From an uncultured Bacillota bacterium (GTDB lineage: Bacteria; Bacillota_I; Bacilli_A; RFN20; CAG-826), in assembly GCA_949293555.1 (NCBI GenBank), contig CASFDV010000002.1, positions 279,812 through 343,811 of the forward strand: a DNA stretch of 64,000 bases, read 5' to 3'. A program made the translations under genes and the position numbers. Positions 37,950-47,118 of the stretch are shown one piece after another. Each line of letters starts with the position of its first letter. The first letter of the stretch is position 1. A model generated the notes under the pieces. The model was not told the DNA's origin, made no database searches, and was given only the letters and a program-made list of their open reading frames with translations.

Positions 37950-38899
37950 GCGAGAAAGCAGCCGTCCAATATCTAGAAAGGTCCTCCCTCCTGCCGCTTC
38001 TGGAGGACCCCAACGTAAGCGACGTTTCCTATGACGGGGAGGCGCTCCATCACCTGCACGCCTTCAAGGGCAGGGTCCGGAGCGAGATCGCGATGTCGCC
38101 CCGCGAGGCGAAGGACTTCCTGATCCAGATCGCGAACCTCGCCGAGAAGCCCTTCAGCTACAGCGATCCGATCCTTGACGTTAGCTTCGGCCGCTACCGC
38201 CTCAACGCCGTCCATCCATCCTTGGGAAGGAAGCGAGGCAGCCACGTCCCAACCTTCTCCATCCGCATCGCCTCCGGGAAAAGCAAGATCGAGGGGGACC
38301 CGCGCTTCTTCCCGGAAGGCGCTGAGGAAATGCTCTCCTCTTGGCTGGAGAAAGGGGAGTCCATCGTAATCGCGGGCATTAGCTCGTCAGGGAAGACGGA
38401 ACTACAGAAGTACCTCCTCTCGCGCCTGGGGGCGAATCGGAAGTGCGTCGTCATCGACAACGTGGACGAGCTTGGCCTGTTGGAAGGCTCGGAGGCGGAA
38501 ATCAGCACCTGGCTCACGAGCCCGCGTGCCGGCTACAGGGAGCTTGTGCGGAACGCCCTGCGCCACGACCCCGACTACATCATTCTCGCTGAGGCGAGGG
38601 GCGGGGAGATGCTGGACGCCCTCGTGTCCGCCATGAGCGGGCATCCGATCATCCTCAGCGTCCACGGGGACTCTCTTGCGGAGATTCCCGAGCGGATGCT
38701 CCGCCTGGCGATGCAAGGCGCCGAGCGTCTCCTGGAGGAGGAAGTGCGGGCGACCATCGCCAAGAACTTCCGGAACTACGTGCTTCTCGGGCGCGACATC
38801 GGTCCCGACGGGTCGGTGCGCCGCTATCTCAAGGGGCTTGGGCGCATGGATGAGGAAGGGCGGATGGAGCCGCTCCTGGAAAGGGGATCCGTATGCTGA
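37946..38899 (+). CDS. CpaF/TadA (VirB11-like) pilus assembly ATPase
   Basis: DPNVSDV, RLNAVHP, Walker A GISSSGKT, Asp box IDNVDEL, ALRHDPDYIILAEARGGE, SGH...HG. Confidence 0.88.
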   Translation: MSEKAAVQYLERSSLLPLLEDPNVSDVSYDGEALHHLHAFKGRVRSEIAMSPREAKDFLIQIANLAEKPFSYSDPILDVSFGRYRLNAVHPSLGRKRGSHVPTFSIRIASGKSKIEGDPRFFPEGAEEMLSSWLEKGESIVIAGISSSGKTELQKYLLSRLGANRKCVVIDNVDELGLLEGSEAEISTWLTSPRAGYRELVRNALRHDPDYIILAEARGGEMLDALVSAMSGHPIILSVHGDSLAEIPERMLRLAMQGAERLLEEEVRATIAKNFRNYVLLGRDIGPDGSVRRYLKGLGRMDEEGRMEPLLERGSVC

Positions 38900-39633
38900 G
38901 GAGAAGCCTGATATCCCTTGCCACGGGGCTTGCCGCGGGCGGGCTCGCCTATCTCGTGAGCGACTCCTTCTACATCGCCCTGCTCGTATGCCCGCTCATT
39001 TTCTCCGCCTTCTTCTTCCTGGTGATCCCGCCGATCGAGGCCCGCTTCATCCGAAGCGAGGCCCGGGGGATGGCCTACCGCTTCGTGAGCGGCTTCCTCA
39101 TCTCCCTTTCCGTCAGCAAGAGCCTCGAGGAGAGCTATGAATCCGCGGCCATGTTCCTCGAGGGCAGGGCGAAGGAGGCCGCTCTCTCCTGCAAGGGAAT
39201 GGAGATTCTGGAGAGGCTCCGCTATCTGAGAGGGACCTTCCGCGCCCCCTTCTACGACATGTTCTGCTCGATGGCGGCAATCTGGCAGGAAAGAGGAGGC
39301 GACGTCCTCGACCTCATGGACCCCCTCCTTCGGGAGGCGACTTCCGCCGAGGAGGCGGGCAGGGCGCTCGACCATGCGAGGATCCGCCAGGGGACCCAGT
39401 TCCTGGTCCTATGGGGCATGAGCCTCCTCGTCCTCCTCGCCGTCCGCCTGGGGCTCTCCTCCTTCTATGAGACGTTGAGCGGGTCCCTTCCATTCCTCCT
39501 CGTGACCCTCCTCTACTTCCTCGTGCTCGCCTTCGCCTTCGTCTTGTTCGCCCGCATCGTTGGCGATGAACCCGAAAGAGGTGAAAGAAATGCTTCGAAA
39601 AAGAGAAAGCCCCGCAAAGCCAAGGCGAATTGA
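38893..39633 (+). CDS. TadB-like membrane platform protein
   Basis: TM - soluble T2SSF-like region (ERGGDV) - TM layout, immediately after cpaF. Confidence 0.7.
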   Translation: MLRRSLISLATGLAAGGLAYLVSDSFYIALLVCPLIFSAFFFLVIPPIEARFIRSEARGMAYRFVSGFLISLSVSKSLEESYESAAMFLEGRAKEAALSCKGMEILERLRYLRGTFRAPFYDMFCSMAAIWQERGGDVLDLMDPLLREATSAEEAGRALDHARIRQGTQFLVLWGMSLLVLLAVRLGLSSFYETLSGSLPFLLVTLLYFLVLAFAFVLFARIVGDEPERGERNASKKRKPRKAKAN

Positions 39634-40252
39634 AAGATTCCTTCTACCACTCCTCGTCAATGTCCTCCTTGCCGGGGCGATCGTCGCCTCACAGCTTCTT
39701 CTCGGGAACCTGTTCCTGACCTTGACCCTCTCCCTCCTCCTTCTCATTGGCGACTACTTCCTCCTGAGCGAGGGGAGAAGGAAGAAGGAGAGGGCCATCG
39801 TCCGTCTTGAAAAGGACTTCTCGGAAAGCTTCCGCTGCTTCAGCGTCTTCGTGGAGACGGGGATGACGCCCTATCAGGCGCTCCGGGAGACGCTTCCCTT
39901 CTCCAGCCCCGCCCTCCGCGAAAAGATCGAGACGCTTCTCCACGAGATCGACGAGGACAAGTCCGTCGCTCCCTATGTCCGCTTCAGCGACGGCTTCCGC
40001 TCCCTTGCCGTCCGCCAGGTGATGATTGCCATCCATCGCATGGCGAGCGAGGGCGGGGGCGAGGCCTACCTCAGGCAGTTCCGTTCCCTCTTCCAGTCCT
40101 ATGGGGACGAAAGCAGGAAGAAGGCCGCCGCCGAGCTTGACGGGAGGATGGGGATGGCCTCCTTCCTGCCCCTGGTCGCCTCCGCGCTCGTGATGGCGCT
40201 CATTGCCATCGGCATCGTCTCGGTCCTGGGGGTAGCCATCCATGGGATCTAA
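39590..40252 (+). CDS. TadC-like membrane platform protein
   Basis: TMs, then F.VFVETGMTPYQAL typical of the T2SSF domain, C-terminal TM; SD GAGGTG. Confidence 0.7.
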   Translation: MLRKRESPAKPRRIERFLLPLLVNVLLAGAIVASQLLLGNLFLTLTLSLLLLIGDYFLLSEGRRKKERAIVRLEKDFSESFRCFSVFVETGMTPYQALRETLPFSSPALREKIETLLHEIDEDKSVAPYVRFSDGFRSLAVRQVMIAIHRMASEGGGEAYLRQFRSLFQSYGDESRKKAAAELDGRMGMASFLPLVASALVMALIAIGIVSVLGVAIHGI

Positions 40253-40583
40253 GCTCGGCTTCCTCCTATCTCTCTTCTTCGTCATTGGCTTGATGGGCCT
40301 ATCCGGGGACCTTGCCTCGATCCAGGCCATCCAGACGAGCCTCGACGCCGCCGGGATCACAGCGGCAAGGCGTATCGCGCTCGTCGGCGGGATCGACGGG
40401 GAGGTGCGGGCCCTCGTGGAGGAGGAATGCGGAGGGAGCATCGTCTCGCTGGAGGAGGACCCGGTGCGGATCGGAGACATATACCGCTTCGCGATCGAGA
40501 AGGAATACCAGCCATTCGTCCTCTCCCAGGAACCCGTTTTGGTGCGGATCGAGCGTTCGGCCGTGATCGGCTACCTCGATTGA
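40242..40583 (+). CDS. TadE/TadG-like minor pilin (pseudopilin)
   Basis: Hydrophobic N-terminal helix, LDAAGITAARRIA amphipathic helix, short beta-rich head. Confidence 0.6.
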   Translation: MGSKLGFLLSLFFVIGLMGLSGDLASIQAIQTSLDAAGITAARRIALVGGIDGEVRALVEEECGGSIVSLEEDPVRIGDIYRFAIEKEYQPFVLSQEPVLVRIERSAVIGYLD

Positions 40584-40609
40584 GCATAAGGAAAGAAAGG
40601 AGGTAAAGG

Positions 40610-40780
40610 ATGTCGGAACTCAAAGGCCAGCTCCTGGGCATGGTCCTCGTCCTCGCCGTCTTCGGCGTGGTCGCGGCCGCCCTGGTCCCCGCCTTCCAGA
40701 AGACGGCCGACCAGCTCGAGAGCGAGATGGGCGTGAACGTCTCCCAGGTCGAGTCGGAATACGTCGAAGCCAGCATCTAG
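40610..40780 (+). CDS. Small Flp-like pilin, 56 aa (absent from the ORF track)
   Basis: SD AAGGAGGT; MSELKG|QLLGMVLVLAVFGVVAAALVPAFQKTADQLESEMGVNVSQVESEYVEASI; last gene of the Tad cluster, followed by a GGGGCC/GGCCCC hairpin and TTT. Confidence 0.7.
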   Translation: MSELKGQLLGMVLVLAVFGVVAAALVPAFQKTADQLESEMGVNVSQVESEYVEASI

Positions 40781-40865
40781 GCTGGATGGGGCCCCTGGGC
40801 CCCTTTCGCCTATCTAAAGGACGAGGCAGAGGCTATAATCCTGCCACATCACAAAGGAGCGAAAG

Positions 40866-41102
40866 ATGCCCAGCACCGTTGAAAAAATCCGCGAAACCCT
40901 TGCCAAGCGCTGCAAGAAGGACTCCATTGCCGACGAGACCGCGCTCAAGGACCTCGGCCTCGATTCCCTCGACGTCGTCGAGATGTGCCTCGACTTCGAG
41001 GATGAGTACGGCATCACCTTCGAGACCGCCGAGCTCGGGGAACTGAAGACGGTCGGCGACCTGCTCGCGAAGACCGAGGCGAAGCTCGCCGGGAATAAGT
41101 AG
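40866..41102 (+). CDS. acpP: Acyl carrier protein
   Basis: DLGLDSLDVVE phosphopantetheine site; own TATAAT and SD AAGGAG. Confidence 0.93.
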   Translation: MPSTVEKIRETLAKRCKKDSIADETALKDLGLDSLDVVEMCLDFEDEYGITFETAELGELKTVGDLLAKTEAKLAGNK

Positions 41103-41175
41103 CCCCTTTGGGGAACATCCCCTTGCATCGACCTTGGGACGAACGTAATATAGCCGAGCGCTTCGGCGCGCTGGT

Positions 41176-41250
41176 GCTTGCTTAGCTCAACGGTAGAGCA
41201 ATCGGCTGTTAACCGATCGGTTGTAGGTTCGAATCCTATAGCAAGCGCCA
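41176..41250 (+). tRNA. tRNA-Asn(GTT)
   Basis: Anticodon arm ATCGG-CTGTTAA-CCGAT; GCCA end. Confidence 0.93.
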
Positions 41251-41260
41251 TTTCCTTCCC

Positions 41261-41337
41261 GGCCCGTTGGAGAAGCGGCTTAACTCATATCCCTTTCAAG
41301 GATACATTCACGGGTTCGAACCCCGTACGGGTCACCA
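41261..41337 (+). tRNA. tRNA-Glu(TTC)
   Basis: Anticodon arm TATCC-CTTTCAA-GGATA; CCA. Confidence 0.93.
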
Positions 41338-41436
41338 AGATCCCAAGAGCCCGAGCGGCTCTTTTTTCATCTTCGCCAATCCTCATCCTTTCCATTTCCT
41401 CTTATGATTGTCCAAAGTACAAAAGGAGCCATTGGC

Positions 41437-42732
41437 ATGGAACTCAGAGACAAGGTCATCTACCAGGCGTTTCCGCGGAACCATACGGAGGAAGGGACCC
41501 TCCGGGCCCTTGAGAAAGACTTGGAGAGGATCGCGGGCCTAGGCATCGATATCCTCTACCTCCTTCCGCTGCAGCCGATCGGCAGGAAGGCGAGGAAGGG
41601 AAGCCTGGGGTCGCCCTACGCCGTCCGGGACTACCGGGCGATCAACCCCGAGCTCGGGGACTGGGACGATTTCCGTTCCTTGGCGAGGAAGGCCCACTCC
41701 CTTGGGATGCTCGTCATGGTGGACCAGGTCTTCAACCATACGGCGAGGGATTCCGTCCTGATCGAGGAGCACCCCGAGTGGTACTGGCGGGACAAGGACG
41801 GGAACTTCGGGAACAAGGCCGGGGACTGGGCGGACGTCTATGACCTGGATCACACGGCCCCCGGGCTGGACGATTACCTCGTCGACGTCCTCCTCGAATT
41901 CGTCGAGGCCGGCGCGGACGGGTTCCGTTTCGACGTCGCTTCCTTCATTCCCGCCTCCTTCTACCGCCTCTTCCGGAAGAAGGCGGCGGAGCGGTTCCCG
42001 GGGAAGGACATCGTCCTCCTTGCCGAGAACGTGGAGCCCTCGTTCACCCTTTACGCCCGGTCCCTCGGCCATCCAGTTCCTTCGAACGGGGAGCTGGCGG
42101 ACGCCGGGATCGACCTCTTCTATTCCTACACGAGCTTCCGCTCGCTCGTGCGCTATCTCGACGAGGGGAAGGAACAGGACCGCTACGCCTACCGTCTCCT
42201 TCTTGAGGCGGAGGAGGCCGCCCTCCCGAACAAAGGGGCGCTCACCGTCCATGCCCTCGAGAACCACGACCAGGCGCGCCTGTTCTCGAGGAAACCGGCG
42301 CCGGAGCTCCCCCTTTCCCTCATGGCGTTCACCTTCTTCTGCCGCGGGCCGGGCTTCCTTTACGGCGGCGAAGAAGCCGGGGCCGAACGCCAGCCGTCCC
42401 TGTTCGACAAGGACGACGTCTCCTGGGATAACGCTTATATCCTGACCGCCGCGGACATGTCCCTCCGCCTTTGCGAGCTGAAGCACCGCCTTGGAGGGAA
42501 GGTCCTCTCGACCTCTTTCCCGGAGTACGGGGGGAAGGGCATCGTCGCGGTCAACGCCCTCGAGGACGGGGGCAAGGAATATGGCTTCTTCCCGCTATCA
42601 GGGAAGGCGGAAGAAATCCCCGATGCCATTCCTGAGGGCGAATATTTCGACGAAATATCCGGGAACTGCTTTGTTATAAGAAGGGGAGCCCGTTTCTACG
42701 GCCCCCTTTGGCTAACGGAAAGGGGCAAGTAG
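41437..42732 (+). CDS. Alpha-amylase family (GH13) glycosidase
   Basis: GSPYAVRDY, DQVFNH, DGFRFDVA, LLAE, LENHD; SD AGGAG. Confidence 0.9.
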   Translation: MELRDKVIYQAFPRNHTEEGTLRALEKDLERIAGLGIDILYLLPLQPIGRKARKGSLGSPYAVRDYRAINPELGDWDDFRSLARKAHSLGMLVMVDQVFNHTARDSVLIEEHPEWYWRDKDGNFGNKAGDWADVYDLDHTAPGLDDYLVDVLLEFVEAGADGFRFDVASFIPASFYRLFRKKAAERFPGKDIVLLAENVEPSFTLYARSLGHPVPSNGELADAGIDLFYSYTSFRSLVRYLDEGKEQDRYAYRLLLEAEEAALPNKGALTVHALENHDQARLFSRKPAPELPLSLMAFTFFCRGPGFLYGGEEAGAERQPSLFDKDDVSWDNAYILTAADMSLRLCELKHRLGGKVLSTSFPEYGGKGIVAVNALEDGGKEYGFFPLSGKAEEIPDAIPEGEYFDEISGNCFVIRRGARFYGPLWLTERGK

Positions 42733-44637
42733 ATGGCTGCCACGAAAAGAAGCACCGGGGACACCTTCGATCCTGTCGACTACTACCGCCAGCAGCTGGA
42801 CGGGGCGGTCCTTGAGGCCGCGAAGAAGGCCTTCGAGGAGAAGCTCGCCCGTTCCGGCGTGAACGAGGACGAGAACGCGAGCGACTGCCGGAAGCTCCGC
42901 CGCAAGGAGCAGATCCATGAGACAGAGGGGAAGAAGCTCTCCTCGCTCAAGGGATGGCGCGGCTTCTGCATCTTCCTTCTCGTCGCCGCCATTATCGTCG
43001 CCATCCTCGGCGGACTCATCGTCGGGGACGAGGGGACGCGCCTTGCCGGGATCATCATGCTCGTCGTGGGGATCGTCCTCGGCATCGCGATGTTCCTTGT
43101 CATCCTTCTTGTCCTGAACGACAAGATCCGGAAGCTCAACGCGGAGAACCAGGACCGGGAAAGGGAGCTGGAAAGGATGAGGGCCGAGATCCGCGCGAAG
43201 CTCGCTCCCCTCTACAACTCCTTCCGCTGGGACGATTTCAAGGTCATCGCCAACTCCGTGAGCGACATCTTCCAGATCGACGAGCGCTTTCCGCAGGAGA
43301 AGATGAACCTCATGCAGGAGATCTACTCCTACGGGGACCTCCTCGAGGAGGAGGATTCCGTCGTCGCCCTCATGTCCGGGGATATCGGCGGGAACCCCTT
43401 CTTCCGCATCGCCATCAAGGGCGAGCGGATCGTCGACATCCGCTACACGGGCTCCTTGACCATCTCCTGGACGGAGCGCTACACGGATTCGGAAGGCCAC
43501 GTCCACACGACGGTCCGCACGGAGACGCTCCACGCGGAGTACTACCATCCCGGGCCCCGCTTCACCACGACTCCCGTCACCGTCTACGGCAACATGGCGG
43601 CCCCCGACCTCAGCTTCTCACGGAATCCCTGCGGGATCGACACCTCCGACGAGAGGGAGCTCCGTTCCTTCGTCAAGAAGGAGGAAGGGCGGCTCCGCGA
43701 CAAGAGCGAGGAGATGACGAAGAAGGGGAAGACGTTCACCCCGCTTTCCAACACTGAGTTCGAAGCCCTCTTCGGCGCCTATGACCGCGACCACGAGGTC
43801 CAGTTCCGCCTCCTCTTCACTCCTCTTGCCCAGCAGAACATGCTGGAGCTCATCAAAGGGAAGGAAGGCTTCGGGGACGACTTCCTCATGCGGAAGGCCG
43901 GCACGGTGAACCTCGTCCAGAGCAGGCATAGCTCCGAGTACTTCTCCTACGACTTCCTTTTCGCAGGAGGATTCCTTTCCGTCGAGGAGATGCGCAAGGC
44001 CTTCGTCGAGCAGATCCGCTGGCTCTATAAGTCGCTCTACTTCGACCTCGCCCCCTTCCTTGCCATCCCCCTCTACCAGATGACCGACGCCGGACGCTAC
44101 GACCCCAAGAACCTCGGGCGCACCATCTCAGACTACGAGGCGATGCGCGTGGTGAACGGGATGGATCCCGGCTACTTCAAGAACCCGCGTGGCGCGACCG
44201 ACCAGATCCTCCGGGTGAAATACCAGGGAACTGTCGGGAAGTCCGATCGCTTCGCGGTGAATTCCCTCTCCTTCAGCAGGAAGAGGGAGGTCACCTTCGT
44301 CCCTGTCATGGGCGGGGACGGGCATTTCCACAACGTGCCGGTCGAGTACTTCGTCTACGAGCCCGTCACCGCGGTCCATGGGGTGTCCATCCGCCGGATG
44401 GGGCTGGGGAACGAGAGGTATTCGAAGGACGCCCTCCTCCACTATCTCTCCGGGAAGGGGGTAACCCCTATCGACTCCTTCATCCCCCTCCGCGCCCCCC
44501 TCGACCAAGGGGACTGCGGGGAGCTGGACCTCGAGGACTACTTCGAGAACCTGGACGAGAGGATCGAGGAGAAGATCGAGAACATCGACAAGGACATCGA
44601 GTCCGCCCTGGAGAAGAAGGACAAGGAGGGCGACTAG
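42733..44637 (+). CDS. Two-TM protein resembling the Mollicute MAG1210 family
   Basis: Coiled N-terminus, two TMs, SGDIGGNPF, YTGSLTISW, N.EFE.LF, QFRLLFTPLAQ; directly upstream of lemA. Confidence 0.6.
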   Translation: MAATKRSTGDTFDPVDYYRQQLDGAVLEAAKKAFEEKLARSGVNEDENASDCRKLRRKEQIHETEGKKLSSLKGWRGFCIFLLVAAIIVAILGGLIVGDEGTRLAGIIMLVVGIVLGIAMFLVILLVLNDKIRKLNAENQDRERELERMRAEIRAKLAPLYNSFRWDDFKVIANSVSDIFQIDERFPQEKMNLMQEIYSYGDLLEEEDSVVALMSGDIGGNPFFRIAIKGERIVDIRYTGSLTISWTERYTDSEGHVHTTVRTETLHAEYYHPGPRFTTTPVTVYGNMAAPDLSFSRNPCGIDTSDERELRSFVKKEEGRLRDKSEEMTKKGKTFTPLSNTEFEALFGAYDRDHEVQFRLLFTPLAQQNMLELIKGKEGFGDDFLMRKAGTVNLVQSRHSSEYFSYDFLFAGGFLSVEEMRKAFVEQIRWLYKSLYFDLAPFLAIPLYQMTDAGRYDPKNLGRTISDYEAMRVVNGMDPGYFKNPRGATDQILRVKYQGTVGKSDRFAVNSLSFSRKREVTFVPVMGGDGHFHNVPVEYFVYEPVTAVHGVSIRRMGLGNERYSKDALLHYLSGKGVTPIDSFIPLRAPLDQGDCGELDLEDYFENLDERIEEKIENIDKDIESALEKKDKEGD

Positions 44638-44698
44638 CCCCCTCTCTCCTCTTTGCTATAATCACCCCAAGGGAAATTCCCCGGAAAGGAACGAAAAC

Positions 44699-45364
44699 AT
44701 GGCCAATCCTCTCGACGAAGTCGCCGGACCCGTCTCCGAAGGCAGGGACGCCCGCGTCATCGAAAAGCAGATCCCCGTCAAGGTGGGCGTCGGCTCCACC
44801 ATCTTCGAGGTCATCCTCTGGATCCTCGGGATCATCCCCGGCATCGTCTTCCTCTTCATGAAGATCAACGCCGGGACCTACCTCCGCTCCCTGGAGCAGA
44901 AGATCCAGGCGAACGCCTCCACCATCGACAACTACCTCGAGCAGCGCGTCGTGATCCTCCAGAACGCGGCGAAGCTCCTCGACAAGGCCATCGACCTCGA
45001 CAAGGACGTGATGACCCAGGTGGCCGCCTACCGCGGCGGGGTGAACCCGAACAACGATGCGGAGAGGAACGCCGTCTCCGGCCAGGTCGACCGCCTCTTC
45101 GGCGAGATCAACGTTGCCTTCGAGCGCTACCCCGACCTCAAGGCGCACGCCGAGATCGAGAGCTGCCTGCAGCAGAACAGCTATCTCCAGAAGGAGATCA
45201 CCGCCGCCAGGGAGCTTTATAACGACTCCGTCTACGAGTGGAACAGCGCCATCCAGCAGTGGCCGACCAAGATGATTGTCGCGGCCAAGGCCGGCTATAC
45301 CACGAGGATCCCCTTCTCCACCACCGCGGAGATCCGCGAGAAGGCCAGGGGAACCTTCTTCTAG
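44699..45364 (+). CDS. lemA: LemA family protein
   Basis: TM, then IDNYLEQR, ERYPDLKA, AARELYNDSV..WN..IQ.WP. Confidence 0.88.
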   Translation: MANPLDEVAGPVSEGRDARVIEKQIPVKVGVGSTIFEVILWILGIIPGIVFLFMKINAGTYLRSLEQKIQANASTIDNYLEQRVVILQNAAKLLDKAIDLDKDVMTQVAAYRGGVNPNNDAERNAVSGQVDRLFGEINVAFERYPDLKAHAEIESCLQQNSYLQKEITAARELYNDSVYEWNSAIQQWPTKMIVAAKAGYTTRIPFSTTAEIREKARGTFF

Positions 45365-45458
45365 AGGACGGTCCGCATGAGGGAGCCTGCGCTCCCTCTT
45401 TTTCGTTTCCCCTCTCCCTACAGGACTTATAATCAATCGGAAAGAAAAGGTTTGAGCC

Positions 45459-46064
45459 ATGAAGAAATGCCCTAGCTGCAACAACGACATCTCCGAGGAG
45501 GCGAAGTTCTGCCCCTACTGCGGGAAGCCCGTCCCTGAGAATGCGGGCGAGCGCTTCTGCCCGAACTGCGGCTCCAGGATCGATGGGGATCCCTCCTTCT
45601 GCCCCTCCTGCGGGGAAAATCTCCGCGCCGCCAAGGGGAGCAAGGAGGAAGAGACCGTCCTCAACGCGGTCGGGGCGCTCGAGGACGAAGTGGACTCCGC
45701 CCTCGGAAGCTCCGCGATGAAAGGAAGGAGCTCCTTCGTCTCCGAGAGGAACTTCGTCGTCTGGATCCTGATCTCGATCTTCACCTGCGGAATCGGCGCT
45801 CTCGTCTGGCTCGGCTTCCTCGTGAACGACCTCAACGTGGAATTCCCCGATAGCCGCTGGAAGACCTCGGGCGTCGCGGTCGTCCTCCTCCATTTCGTAA
45901 CCTGCGGCATCTATAGCCTCTACGCCTACTACAAGATGTCGGAGAAGCTCGAGGGGGAAGGCATCATGACGTGGCTTTCCGTCGTCCTCGGGCTCTTCCT
46001 CTCCCCGATCGCCGCCCTCGCCTACATCCAGTACTACCTGAACAACAGGATCAAGGGGAAGTAG
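45459..46064 (+). CDS. Double zinc-ribbon plus DUF4234-like membrane protein
   Basis: Four CxxC motifs; SIFTCGI and FVTCGIYSLY repeats. Confidence 0.8.
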   Translation: MKKCPSCNNDISEEAKFCPYCGKPVPENAGERFCPNCGSRIDGDPSFCPSCGENLRAAKGSKEEETVLNAVGALEDEVDSALGSSAMKGRSSFVSERNFVVWILISIFTCGIGALVWLGFLVNDLNVEFPDSRWKTSGVAVVLLHFVTCGIYSLYAYYKMSEKLEGEGIMTWLSVVLGLFLSPIAALAYIQYYLNNRIKGK

Positions 46065-46511
46065 TTGGGCGCCTCCTCTCCCCATGTCCTTCGCCCCGGG
46101 CGTTCCATCCTCGCCGAGCTATATGAGGGGAGGAAGCCCAGGAGCCCCGCCTGCTCCCTTTCGCGCGCCCTGAGGACGTTCCTCCTCCTCGGGGGAATCT
46201 ATTTCCTCTACATTGAGCTGGGGGGCGTCGGAATCCCCTGCCCCTTTCGCCTCCTGACCGGGCTCAAGTGCCCGGGATGCGGGGTGACGACGATGCTTTG
46301 CGACCTCCTGCGGCTCGACGTGCTCGGCGCCTTCGAGGAGAATCCCGTCCTTCTCTTCCTTCTCGCCCCGTCCCTTCTTCTCGTCGTCCTGCTCGAATGG
46401 AAAGGGAAGAAGTCGAAGGCGGTCCGGGCCTTGTGCACCGGGCTTCTTTCGCTCGCGGTCGCCATCCTTCTCACCTGGGGGATCGTCAGGAACATCCCCG
46501 GCCTCCTATGA
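46065..46511 (+). CDS. DUF2752-like membrane protein (start uncertain)
   Basis: CPFRLLTGLKCPGCGVT...AF..NP, C-terminal WGIVRN. Confidence 0.75.
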   Translation: MGASSPHVLRPGRSILAELYEGRKPRSPACSLSRALRTFLLLGGIYFLYIELGGVGIPCPFRLLTGLKCPGCGVTTMLCDLLRLDVLGAFEENPVLLFLLAPSLLLVVLLEWKGKKSKAVRALCTGLLSLAVAILLTWGIVRNIPGLL

Positions 46512-47116
46512 AAAGCCATCCTTTCCGCCACCTGGGGACCATCCTGAGGCACCGCCACGGCGTCATAAGGAACGCGATCGCGATGGGCATCTTCTTCCAC
46601 GCCCTCAGGCATGACCTCTCGAAGTTCTCCCCGAAGGAATTCATCCCCTCCGCGCGCTACTACGCGGGGAACCATTCCCCGGTGTACGAGGAACGGCTCC
46701 GGAACGACTATTTCTCCTTCGCCTGCCAGCACCACACGAAGAGGAACGCCCATCACTGGGAGTACTGGACCGACTTCTTCCGCGGGAGGGTGCTTGCCAG
46801 GAGGATGCCCTGGAAGTATGCGATGGAGTACGTCGCGGACATGCTTTCCGCCTCCAGGACCTACGACCCGTCGAACTTCCGCCCGGAGACGACCCTCCTT
46901 TACTTCGAGGCCCGGGCCGCCCACTACTTCATGCATCCCGAGACAAGGGAGTTCGTCTCCTGGTGCCTCGTCCGGTACCGCGACCTTGGCCTCAAGGGCC
47001 TGAGGAAGGAAGACACGAGGAAGAAGTACCATGAGCTCTCGAAGATGGACGATACTTATATATACGCGACTCCCCTCACGAGAGGGGAGATGCCGACTTT
47101 GGCCGAGGAGGAATAG
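46508..47116 (+). CDS. DUF5662-like HD-related protein
   Basis: LRHDLSKFSP.EF, HHTKRNAHHWEYW, MPWKY..E...D; start ATG 46508. Confidence 0.75.
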   Translation: MKSHPFRHLGTILRHRHGVIRNAIAMGIFFHALRHDLSKFSPKEFIPSARYYAGNHSPVYEERLRNDYFSFACQHHTKRNAHHWEYWTDFFRGRVLARRMPWKYAMEYVADMLSASRTYDPSNFRPETTLLYFEARAAHYFMHPETREFVSWCLVRYRDLGLKGLRKEDTRKKYHELSKMDDTYIYATPLTRGEMPTLAEEE

Positions 47117-47118
47117 CC

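Noticed and set aside
37946..38899. CpaF as the VirB11 of an integrative conjugative element
   Set aside because: No VirB4, VirD4, relaxase or integrase; flanked by gmk and acpP with host-like codon usage; TadB/TadC-like neighbours indicate a Tad system.
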